A stretch of DNA of 63,201 nt, filler included, from Aduncisulcus paluster (taxonomy: Eukaryota): the NCBI GenBank assembly GCA_024181965.1. It is 19 parts of 19 records of this genome, joined end to end, with 100 filler letters (N's around TTAATTAATTAA, not from the genome) between each part and the next. Parts side by side here need not be neighbours in the genome. Positions count along the whole stretch, not along the records: positions 12,293 to 14,486 come from BQXS01012026.1; positions 14,587 to 16,702 come from BQXS01012028.1; positions 16,803 to 19,012 come from BQXS01012029.1; positions 19,113 to 23,238 come from BQXS01012030.1; 15 more parts are not named here. One strand, given 5' to 3'. Positions 13,272 through 23,338 of the stretch are shown one piece after another (position 1 is the stretch's first letter; every line of letters starts with the position of its first letter). Position numbers and translations under genes: made by a program. The notes under the pieces were generated by a model. It was not told the origin of the DNA. It ran no database searches and saw only the letters and a list, made by a program, of their open reading frames with translations.

Positions 13272-13331
13272 ATGCCGGTAACAACCGGTTATACATCAAC
13301 AATGCCGGTAACAACCGGTTATACATCAACA
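13272..13331. repeat. 30-nt perfect tandem duplication between convergent genes
   Basis: ATGCCGGTAACAACCGGTTATACATCAACA x2, containing the palindrome AACCGGTT. Confidence 0.9.
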
Positions 13332-13347
13332 GTATAGTACAGTATAA

Positions 13348-14486
13348 TCAACCCTCGCTGTAAGAATTTGTGGACAAGGAAGAAGGAAGTGTATCTGTAT
13401 ATTCTTCTTCTTCGTATTCATATTCTTCTTCGATTTCCTCCATCCGAATAAGTTCAAGCTTATCCTTTTCATCTGTCGTACGTTGGAAAGTGGCATACGA
13501 CTCTATGGTCTCAGCCTTAGCATCAACTCCATTTTCTTCTTTATGCTTTCCAGTCTCACCTCGATCTCCTGCATCATCAGTCACTTCTTCTTCTTCATAC
13601 GTGTACTCAGTGTAGTCTTCCTCTTCATCACATTGTAATGCAGTAATATGGAGATGGCTTGGAACAGTCGAGGATGGAACTTCAGATGAACCAGTGGTGG
13701 CACTGACAGGATTAGAAATATTGTCAAGTTCAGTCGTTTGAGAATGAAGAGAAGGACCACCTTTGAACTTTGAAAGTAATTGTTTTTGATGACGGAGTTC
13801 CTTTTGACGCTGAGCCTCTTTCTCTCTCAGTTCAAGCCGGAGAACTTTCATTTTTTCTTCTTCTGCTTTCTCCTTTTCTCGCTCTCTTTGTTCATTTAAA
13901 TACTCTTGCTTAATATCTGCTGCAATTTTTTCCATCTCTTTCTGTTTCAATTCATCTTCACAATGACATTCACGTTTCACTTTCTCTCTCCATTCTTTTT
14001 CAGAAGCACGCCGAAGTTCAAGTTCCTTGTTCTTCTGCTTTCTCCTTTTCTCGCTCTCTTTGTTCATTTAAATACTCTTGCTTAATATCTGCTGCAATTT
14101 TTTCCATCTCTTTCTGTTTCAATTCATCTTCACAATGACATTCACGTTTCACTTTCTCTCTCCATTCTTTTTCAGAAGCACGCCGAAGTTCAAGTTCCTT
14201 GTTCTTCTGGTTTCTTAGTTTCTCTCCTTCTTTCCACTGCCACACGCCTTCCTCTCGGCAGAATGTAGAAATGACGTGACTAATATACTCAGGCTCAACA
14301 CAACCACACAACCAGCCACTGTGCTGTACTCTACTATGTGAGGTCTGAGAATGGGATTGGACAGCATGAGATAATTGACTACTTGAGTCCCCACCAATCA
14401 AATCACTTGGGATATCAACTGGAGTGACTTTATGCAAGGGAGAGGAGATTGATGGGGTATGATCATAATCATGTGATGGGCAAGAC
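13348..14486 (-). CDS. Glu/Lys-rich coiled-coil protein, C-terminal part, interrupted by a 172-nt tandem duplication
   Basis: ORFs 14018-14437 and 13348-14067 share identical peptide; the unit at ~13861-14032 repeats at ~14033-14204 and 172 is not a multiple of 3. Confidence 0.65.
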
Positions 14487-14586
14487 NNNNNNNNNNNNNN
14501 NNNNNNNNNNNNNNNNNNNNNNNNNNNNNNTTAATTAATTAANNNNNNNNNNNNNNNNNNNNNNNNNNNNNNNNNNNNNNNNNNNN

Positions 14587-15982
14587 GGTCACGATGAGTA
14601 TCACGATGAGTATCATCATCATCAGTATAATCACCATCAGCATCATGACGCCATACATCCTTCTTGAACACCTTGTCCACATCGAACCTGGCTTCATCAC
14701 GTCGTGTGGATAAAGAGGATGCTTGCATGATGTCGTGTCGTTCCCTGCGACGTCGTTTATGGTCGTCTCGCTCTGCCTCACAATAGATACACAATGGATC
14801 ATGTGAGTGTGATTCCTTGGCATGCACACGCTTTCCCTTCACATCGTGGTGGATGTGATGCTGTCGTATCCCCTCGCTCGCATCAACAACAATGGGTCCA
14901 ACGCCATACTGAGATGCACTCCCACCGAACACTCGACGCCGGACGGAATGACAGATCACATGGCGTCTCAGACACATCGTCATGGAGAAGAACACTGTCG
15001 TTGGCGTGTGTACACTCTCAGCACTCCCACTATGTCGAGACATCGATGAGCTTGGTGTTGACCCACCCTCACTCACAAGGGGATGAAAGAGATCGTCATA
15101 CCCATGCTCAGACACTGTGCCAGACAAGGGATGCACAGGGTATCGGAATAAGAGTCGATGGATATGTGTGGGACATGGAGTGTTTGTGAACGGCACACAC
15201 GATCGCATCCTATCCCTGATCTGTGACAGCTGAGTGTGTGTCAGGAGGATCAATGGGTTGGCATCAACAACATCGACATACGAGGGCGACAGGATGGTTG
15301 CAGTCAACTCAGCATGGATGGATGACAATGAAGATGAATCTGAGGAAGAGGAAGAAGAAGAGTGCTTCTTTGCATCATCCTTTGAATCGAAACAATGTCC
15401 ATTCGACGACGACGCAGTGCCATGATGCTTTGAAGTATATATTTGAGAGCTTGAAAATTGTTTGACGCGTTCAATCCGTTGCTTTATAGATCTACACACA
15501 GTGTCTCCAAGAATATGTTCAATCAGTCTATATTGAAGATTGGGCCCGAGAGTATTCTCCTGAATAGATGCGTGCACATATAGATATGACGGGAATGTGC
15601 TCGACATTGTGGGAAAACTGAATGACAAGGGCTGAGCAGGGAAAAACAAGAAAGGGGCATTCACTAATGCAGAGCCCACGGAGTTTTTACGTTTTACATT
15701 TTTCAAACGATATTGTCTTGATAATAATGAAATAGATAAAGGTGGAGATGAAGATACTCGTGCAGAAGCACCTTTTTGCTTCTTCTCGCGTTCATATTCA
15801 GTATCTTCAGTTTGAATAACTTGAATTAGTTTGCTATATTTGCTTAATAAAAATTTGGCTGTCTTTGCATCGAAGGTTTTCAGTGTTCCATCAGTAAACA
15901 CTTTTCGATCATTTATACATTTCCATACTTCCTGAAGCTGCTCATTCACACGAAAAGATCGAAAATCTTTAAGGTTAATCAT
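14587..15982 (-). CDS. N-terminal part of the Rrp6/EXOSC10-like protein (continues on contig 23339-25267)
   Basis: 14587-14809 matches 25045-25267 over 223 nt with one synonymous difference, in frame. Confidence 0.8.
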
Positions 15983-16105
15983 GATGTGTGTTATGAAAAT
16001 CTCTCAGGCATTCACCAATTTGGGATATGGGAAGCAAAACTTTAAATCCTTTCTTTTCCTTTCGTTGCTGCATTTTATTCACATTTTCTTCCCAATCATG
16101 CAAAT

Positions 16106-16702
16106 ATGAAGCTGTTTCATGAATTATCATATCATAATGCCTGTTGTATACGAGGCCGTTGTGGAGCCAAAATGAAATACTTTGCTGCACTCCAACGAGA
16201 AGGCTTTTCCATTCCTCGAACTATTATCATTCCTATAAATGCATTGAAGCACCGTTCACAAAAACAATTGGTGTCCGATTGTGACGAGATGCTGCGTTGT
16301 TTCGATGATCTTCGTCTTCTCGCCTCTTCAAAACATGACACATTCACTTTACATATCCGTCTTTCCTCTGAAATGTGTGATAAATCCATGAGTCCTTTCA
16401 TTCCGTGTATCGGTGCAACGGAAGCAGAGTTGCTTTTCTCTTCTTCAGACGATATCTTGGTCCAAAAGAGTAATCTTTTGAAAGCCCGATTCCTCTTACG
16501 ATCTGCAGCCATCTTTTTGCATAACATCCCCTCATCCACCCTTTCATGGATTGAGCACCGCTTCGTTGTGAAATATCGTCTCAACAACATTTTCCAGGCT
16601 TCGCACGATCAGCTTCGAGAGTTAATCGGAGAGTTTCGTGCACTCCTCAGAGATCGTGGTCATGACCAATGGCCAGGTACATCGGCTGCACATCAGTTAA
16701 GT
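16106..16702 (+). CDS. Highly divergent pyruvate phosphate dikinase-like N-terminal (ATP-grasp) domain, 3' truncated
   Basis: CGAKMKYFAALQREGFSIPRTIII ~ LGGKGANLAEMTNLGLPVPPGFTI; LHIRLSS..SMSPFIPCIG ~ VSVRSGA..GMMDTILNLG; QLRELIGEFRALL..WP...HQL ~ DLKELVERYKEIV..FPQDP.EQL. Order and spacing are collinear. Confidence 0.55.
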
Positions 16703-16916
16703 NNNNNNNNNNNNNNNNNNNNNNNNNNNNNNNNNNNNNNNNNNNNTTAATTAATTAANNNNNNNNNNNNNNNNNNNNNNNNNNNNNNNNNNNNNNNNNN
16801 NNTATTGATGAAAAATTTGCCATATTTTTGCACAAAAATTTGCATTTTTTTGAAATATATTTTGATCATATTTTTGACGAATTTAGAGAGACCCCTTTAT
16901 TAAAGGAAGGGCAGGA

Positions 16917-17053
16917 TGTTATATACGCAGTATATAATATTATTTAATATTTTATTTATTATTTTTATATGATTTCACATATTCTCACATTCTATTTTTA
17001 GGACCTTCATTGGCCCACCTATATTTTTAATAAATTGTAACGAGTTCAAAACA
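16917..17053 (+). mobile_element. Candidate short LTR (137 nt) preceded by a polypurine tract
   Basis: AAAGGAAGGGCAGGA|TGTT...AATAAA...AAACA; shares ATTCTCA..TCTATTTTTAG with the LTR at 17610. Confidence 0.45.
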
Positions 17054-17504
17054 CCTATAGCTGAAACAAAATGTGGGTTTTGGTTGCTCTTAGATGTTTT
17101 AAAAAGTTTTGCTTTGATAATCATGGAGCTAGTGTAGCTAGCGTGTAGATTATATTATTTATTTGTTCTAATCGAAGCGTTGATGCGATTTGTAATTTTT
17201 TTGTTTGACTCCTACTTATTGTTGTAGTTGGAAGCTTTCGATTATATTTACACTGATAAGGTTGTAGCTAAGGAGCTTCGTGTTTTATATGTTATTACTT
17301 CTGTTAGATGAGAAAAATCTGAGCATTTCTCAAAAGTTATTAAGAAGCAATTATTGCGAAATATTGGATATCATAGATATATATTAGACTGTTGGTTTTG
17401 AATTCGCCTGTTAAGGTTGTCTCTTCACTTTTATTTCTCTTCAAGAAGGAGGGGGAAGATCGCTGTTATACCATTCGTATAAAAAACAAAAATTATACAT
17501 TATT

Positions 17505-17577
17505 GACATTATAGCTCAATTGGTCATTGATGCCACTAGCTATGTTGGCTGCGTGGGTTCGATTCCCTTCGTCGCTT
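17505..17577 (+). pseudogene. Degenerate tRNA-like sequence
   Basis: A box TAGCTCAATTGGT and B box GGTTCGATTCCC at tRNA spacing, followed by TTTTT; acceptor and anticodon stems do not pair. Confidence 0.55.
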
Positions 17578-17609
17578 ATTTTTACATATGGAAAGGTGGA
17601 AGAAAGTAG

Positions 17610-17724
17610 TGTAATAGCCCTTAAGGACTATTTTATATAATTTTATATAACATTCTCATTGTCTATTTTTAGATCTTATTCGTGTTCTTTGTTTATTCAA
17701 TAAATTTGCCGTAGTTCTACTACA
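17610..17724 (+). mobile_element. Candidate short LTR (115 nt)
   Basis: Purine run GGTGGAAGAAAGTAG then TGTAATAG...CTACTACA (7/8 inverted termini) with AATAAA ~20 nt before the end; abuts gypsy internal sequence exactly. Confidence 0.55.
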
Positions 17725-18519
17725 GGCCCACTATGACCCAGAATTGGACCTAGTATTAAGAACAGATGCGTCTGATAAAGGTTTGGGCGCGATGCTAGTT
17801 CAATTGCGACAAGGAAAAGAAGAAGTCGTCATGTTTTTGTCAAAGAAGTTCACGGAAGTCGAAAGAAGATGGAGTACAATGGAGCAGGAAGCATACGCGA
17901 TCTACTATGCCATAAAGAAACTCCAGCAATACCTTTTGGGGAGAAGTTTCGTGGTGGAGACGGACCACAAGAATCTGCTGTACTTACACAAAGAACCGGC
18001 AGCAAAAGTGATCCGTTGGAAGATGTTCTTGATGCAATTCAATTTTTCCTTGAGACATATCCCTGGGGTTGAAAATGTAGTAGCAGATGCGTTATCACGT
18101 GCGTTTGACGATGATAAAAAGATGTTGAAAGTTGTGACAGAAGTACCTGAGGAGTTGGACGAAGATGTCCAATGGTGGAAAGACAGTTATAAACAAGACG
18201 TCATTAGAGATGAAGATGGATGGATTTGTTTAGATGAAGTTCCCCGAGAGATCTTAAAGACGATGGTAAAGGACTTGCACAACAGATCAGCAGCGCATAT
18301 GGGGAGAGTCCATTTGGTGGACTATTTCAAGAAAAGACAATGGAGATGGAAGAAAATGCGAGAAGTGATTAACATAGTGATACAATCTTGTCCCGTCTGT
18401 CAAAAGCTGACTAAGCAACGAAGTAAGAAGTTGGTTGGTACATTAGCCGCCTTCAAACCGTTTGACAGTATTTCAGTGGATACATTAGGACCACTTGAGG
18501 TTCGGGAAACCTATCGCTA
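17725..18519 (+). mobile_element. Ty3/gypsy internal fragment (RNase H and integrase N-terminus)
   Basis: Near-identical reverse-complement copy of ~27522-28316; TDASDKG, TDHKNL, ADALSR, HHCC finger; both ends broken. Confidence 0.95.
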
Positions 18520-19112
18520 CATAGCCGCGCACTTTGATCCAAAAGTGATCCAAATGGAGCAAAACCCAGTTTTTTTACTCCCTATTTCTCGATCATACTT
18601 TGGTACTCCGTTATAGAGTAAACACTTGATCCATAAATGGAGAGCAAAACTTACTCTTCATATCTTGAAGCAGAAATTTGATACAATATATAGGATCGTA
18701 TTTGATCCAAAAATGGTCCATATCAGATAACCAGGTCTTCTCCCTTGAATTTACAATTTATTTCACTTAAATTATAATAATCAAAAAAATATAAAATAAA
18801 AACAAACAAAAAAAACAAGATGCCTGGTGACAGAGTCGCCAGAGGCTAAACAAAAAAGACAGACGAGGGCAACAACACTGGAATTAATCGAATAAACCAA
18901 GTCTTACGCTCCCCCGGGTTGATCAGACCCAGGGGAACTGCTTTTATAATATATTATGTGCCCAAAACCAAAGCCCGCAATTGTGAGATTCACACCGAAA
19001 GGTTAATGTGGGNNNNNNNNNNNNNNNNNNNNNNNNNNNNNNNNNNNNNNNNNNNNTTAATTAATTAANNNNNNNNNNNNNNNNNNNNNNNNNNNNNNNN
19101 NNNNNNNNNNNN

Positions 19113-19305
19113 GATGCCATTCAATAGTTGGTGGAGGAGCACTAGTAGGTGGATCAAAGTGGAATTGCTTTAGATATGTGGATGCTTTTACAAAAATGGC
19201 CCTCTGCAAATCTTTAACATCAGCCACCATTAATTCAGTCATTTCACTATGACCCCCGGTATCCCTTGAATTATTCTTTATCAAGAAATTAATTTTAACC
19301 CGCAT
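19113..19305 (-). CDS. Hypothetical protein, N-terminal fragment
   Basis: ATG after an AT-rich intergenic region; ORF open to the contig edge. Confidence 0.4.
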
Positions 19306-19650
19306 CCATCACAATTGGTTCATGAACTCCGAAGAAAGACCAATGTGATTTTTTTAACATCCAACATAAAGAAATATTCACATGTTTTGATTGAAAAAAT
19401 ACAATAATAGCCTGTTTAAACCAATTTTTTTTTATTTTATTTTATATTTATTTTCCAATTTTGAAGTGAGAAAACGACACTTTTTTCCGAAACAGCAATA
19501 TTCTGCCTTACTAACGCTTTTAGTAAAAAATTAACTTATCTATTCTTAAATTGCAGACAAAATTAAGAGAAATATTGGATTTTCAGGCAAATGCTTTACT
19601 ATGCTACCTGGTAACCGGCTGGTAGAAAATCCAAGAAAATGCTTCTTCCT

Positions 19651-22569
19651 CTAATAAAACTTTGACCATCGATACGATACGGTAATTTCTACAGCATTAT
19701 GATCACTCCCTTGCCGAGTAATATAGTCACCAGAGTAAGGTATTATGAATGGAATGACCTGACACTTCACAGAGACAACGCTCAAAACGTGCTCAGGTGA
19801 TTTGTCAAGAAATTCATCAACCTTTGAGAGTGTCGATTTTCCATCGTGGAGATAGAATAATGATTTAGAGTCACCAAAAGCATGACAATGATCTTTCAAT
19901 GAATGTAATGGAGCTTCAATCCCTTTTTCTTTCCTCGAATCAGAGTCAATTGAAGAGATCACATTCCCACCAACACATTCACAGATATTCCTTCGTCGCT
20001 TGAATGGCTCCAATAGCCACACATAATCAAGTCGTTGCATAGTCATTGCATCTTCATTTCCATACAAACATACATCACGTGGGACAGCAACACAATTACA
20101 CATTGAACATGCCCTATTCAAATATGGCATCCAAATCGAGGTAGAAAGGGATTTTTTCACCAACGATGCTTGACACATCATTGATTTCTTCTCTTGCTTG
20201 GAGGAGTGTCTTGTGGAGTGTATATATTGCCGGATAGAACTCTGGGAAAGTGATGTTGGGGAAGAGGATGATTTATGATCATGATCTTGACATGGTTCAC
20301 ATGGAATGATCTGTGCAGTAACGGAAGAAGTGTGACAGATGTCATTCAAAACGTCCGGATGAGTGAGGAAGATATCTCCAAATGTGACAGGGTGTGCATG
20401 ATATGCTTCATACAAAAGATCATGAGCAGTATACGAGGATGATATCTCAATGGGATATGATGCCGATGGTTCATATACTCCATCAGACACTTCAATCATC
20501 CATCTCGTCTTTGAACAGAAGAATGAGCTGGGATGGACAGACGTGGGGGAAGATGTGATGTTTGATGAAGATGAAGAAGTAGAAGAAGCTGAAGATCCAG
20601 AAACAGATGCAGGTAAAGGAGCAGTAACACAATGAGGATGAGGATGGACAATTGAAGAAATAAACGAAGGATTGGTTGAATGTTTATAGAATTTCATGAA
20701 TGGTTTACGATTGTTGTGAATAGGAATGTGTGATAGAACAAATTTGAATCCATTGTACTCTTCGTTATCTTCACTTATCCCTATGCTTGGAGGGAAAAGA
20801 GATGGGATTTCTTTCCACATATTCGCTGGAACATCTGACTTGGCAGACACACAGGATGAGTACAAAAGAGCCGAGGATACAGCGAGAGAGAATGGATGTA
20901 CGGCCGAAAGGGAATATAATTTTTTCGTCACATCCACCATCGATGAGATCTTTGATGAGACACCACTCTTGTCGGAAGAATGAAATGACATTAAATATGA
21001 CATACTAAGTGGAGGAAAGAATCCAAACAAAGGGGATATAGATTCCCTCAAAATAACATCTTCATCTATCATATCGGGATGAATGTCAATACCATGGACA
21101 TGCCCTATTCCTTCTCGAATGGACTCCTCGAAAGGTGAAGTTATTTTGGATGAAAGCAGAGAGACTGATGAAGTCACTAATTTGGAGTGGGTAGGTCCGG
21201 AAGAATGGACACACGGGAGGGGTTCAGCTTGATATTTATATTTATCTATTCTACTCTTATCAGCCTCAATACTTCCCTGCTCCAACAAAGGTGCAACGGT
21301 CTCTGACTTTTCTTCTATCTTCATCTCATGCATTTTTGCAGGAGGCGGAAGTTCATCCTCCTCTATTCCACGATCATAGCCTTGGGGAACACAAGGAACG
21401 GATGGATTGGATGATTCTTGAGAACAAACTTCACTTCCAAGAGCAGAACACTGTTTCTGATCACAATAGGGCACACTCTGACTTGGATCACTTGAAGTAC
21501 TGAACGTATTGAACAGAATATGCTTGCAATCAGTGTAAGGAACATAAATGGATGTTCTTGGATGAGAACATTTCAATTCATACAAACGATCTTTCACAAT
21601 CTCAGAGAGAATGATTCGATTCATATCAAATTCAAGAGTATTAATGTTAAAATCACCACACACAAATATCGGTGAAAAAGGGTGGGACTTGACACATTCG
21701 CTAATAAATCCACACATTTCTCGTAACTGTTTATATCTAGCATCTTTGTTCAACCCAGATCCCGTCGGAATGGTTGAGGCTGGATCAGTTCTATATGATG
21801 CTTGGAGATGGGTGTTGAAGATATGAACATACTGTTTACACGGTGAAGAACCACCTCTTGTAGACAATCGATGTGTATGAAGTTGTGAATCTGGATGCAT
21901 CTTCTTTGGAACACTCCTTTCCTGGGACATTGCTTCATCTGGAGATGCATCAACAACAACAGTTGAAGATTCAACACTGGTATCCCCAAGGTCTCTTGAA
22001 GAAATCCCTCTGCATGAAGCTGCAAGATCATCAAGTTTAACCTCACTCAAGGACTCCTTTGATATCATATTATCCCCAGAGATATCAAGACAAGCATACA
22101 CAACGCCTTTACAAACATTTCCATCAATCCCAGATCCAAATGCTTCGAATTCATCACAGAGGGATGAGACAATCGGATACTTCGAAAATATCACGCATCC
22201 GCTGTCAACAAATTTCGTTTTTCGTTTGCTTTCTGGAAAGCTGATATATTTTCTACCCTTTCTATCAAGATGTTCGGCCCTCTTATATGCCATATATGCA
22301 CGATGTTTTGAATAATGAGTAGCCCCACAAAAACAACCACAGGATTCTGGCGACGGACCAATCACACAGTGGAAACCAAGAGATTCCATTGAACGAAGGA
22401 AGGATCCAAATCTCTTCGATTGAAAGGACCCAAATAATTCTTGGAAGCAAATAACATCATATTGATTAGCTCTTTTCAAGAAATATTGCAATCGTTCATC
22501 TCTTGCATCAGTTTTGTTTGTATTGAGAAAAGGAGGGCGGCAAAAGAAATTGTAGGACAGGATTTTCAT
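19651..22569 (-). CDS. EEP-superfamily phosphodiesterase, neutral sphingomyelinase-like, with long Ser-rich insertions
   Basis: KILSYN, DVICFQE, DSG..IFSKYPI, KGVVYA, NTHLQA, GDFN, RLDYVW and GSDH appear in canonical order. Confidence 0.88.
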   Translation of the reverse strand: MKILSYNFFCRPPFLNTNKTDARDERLQYFLKRANQYDVICFQELFGSFQSKRFGSFLRSMESLGFHCVIGPSPESCGCFCGATHYSKHRAYMAYKRAEHLDRKGRKYISFPESKRKTKFVDSGCVIFSKYPIVSSLCDEFEAFGSGIDGNVCKGVVYACLDISGDNMISKESLSEVKLDDLAASCRGISSRDLGDTSVESSTVVVDASPDEAMSQERSVPKKMHPDSQLHTHRLSTRGGSSPCKQYVHIFNTHLQASYRTDPASTIPTGSGLNKDARYKQLREMCGFISECVKSHPFSPIFVCGDFNINTLEFDMNRIILSEIVKDRLYELKCSHPRTSIYVPYTDCKHILFNTFSTSSDPSQSVPYCDQKQCSALGSEVCSQESSNPSVPCVPQGYDRGIEEDELPPPAKMHEMKIEEKSETVAPLLEQGSIEADKSRIDKYKYQAEPLPCVHSSGPTHSKLVTSSVSLLSSKITSPFEESIREGIGHVHGIDIHPDMIDEDVILRESISPLFGFFPPLSMSYLMSFHSSDKSGVSSKISSMVDVTKKLYSLSAVHPFSLAVSSALLYSSCVSAKSDVPANMWKEIPSLFPPSIGISEDNEEYNGFKFVLSHIPIHNNRKPFMKFYKHSTNPSFISSIVHPHPHCVTAPLPASVSGSSASSTSSSSSNITSSPTSVHPSSFFCSKTRWMIEVSDGVYEPSASYPIEISSSYTAHDLLYEAYHAHPVTFGDIFLTHPDVLNDICHTSSVTAQIIPCEPCQDHDHKSSSSPTSLSQSSIRQYIHSTRHSSKQEKKSMMCQASLVKKSLSTSIWMPYLNRACSMCNCVAVPRDVCLYGNEDAMTMQRLDYVWLLEPFKRRRNICECVGGNVISSIDSDSRKEKGIEAPLHSLKDHCHAFGDSKSLFYLHDGKSTLSKVDEFLDKSPEHVLSVVSVKCQVIPFIIPYSGDYITRQGSDHNAVEITVSYRWSKFY

Positions 22570-23338
22570 AGTTCTATTTTGAATACAATATTAATAAAAG
22601 GAAATGAAGATCTATGATTGGAAATAATAATAGAATAAACAACGATAGAACTTAAATACGACCGTCAAATTACGAGTTTGTGTCAGACTTTCCTTGAAAG
22701 ATCCAGAGATCATGTCAAACACGTCATTGGCGAAACAAAGAGTTTGGCCCCAATAATTCTCAAATGAACAATATAATTATTCGTCCGATCAAGTGTAAAA
22801 ACCAAACAATAACTCTGAGGACTCCAAAAGGTTGATAGTGTCGATATGGATCAGAGAAATGAGATCTTGTAAAAATCAACGTTGTCACAGAAAAATAAAA
22901 ACGTATTCTTCATTTCAATGCAATATTACGGATTATTCAATGAAATCCATGTGTTCATAGTTTCTATATCACGAGCAAAAAGCACAAATCACTGATTTGC
23001 ATCAATCCATTCATGTTACACCATATATTCTTTTTTATCCTTTCTTGCCGAATATTGTATTGTTAAGAATAATATTCTTCATCTCCGTATACCTTGTTGA
23101 TTATACCGATTCCAGATCTGCAATTCGATGGTCCGATTCGAATCGGATGACCTCTTCATTCCTTTTTCTTTTCCTCCTTCATCCTTCACAAACATAAGAT
23201 CAATATGCCTCTATCTGTTTTTTTCTTTTGTTTTTGTANNNNNNNNNNNNNNNNNNNNNNNNNNNNNNNNNNNNNNNNNNNNTTAATTAATTAANNNNNN
23301 NNNNNNNNNNNNNNNNNNNNNNNNNNNNNNNNNNNNNN

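Noticed and set aside
13272..13331. CRISPR-like 30-nt palindromic repeat
   Set aside because: Only two adjacent copies with no spacer and no cas genes; eukaryotic context.
13861..14204. 172-nt exact tandem duplication as programmed frameshift
   Set aside because: A perfect copy that breaks the frame, similar in size to the gap-overlap artefacts; most likely mis-assembly.
11735..16702. Glycolytic cluster of PPi-PFK and the PPDK-like gene
   Set aside because: They lie on different contigs; the proximity results from concatenation.
17505..17577. Functional tRNA calls here and at 56938-57011
   Set aside because: Acceptor and anticodon stems cannot be paired; reported as degenerate only.
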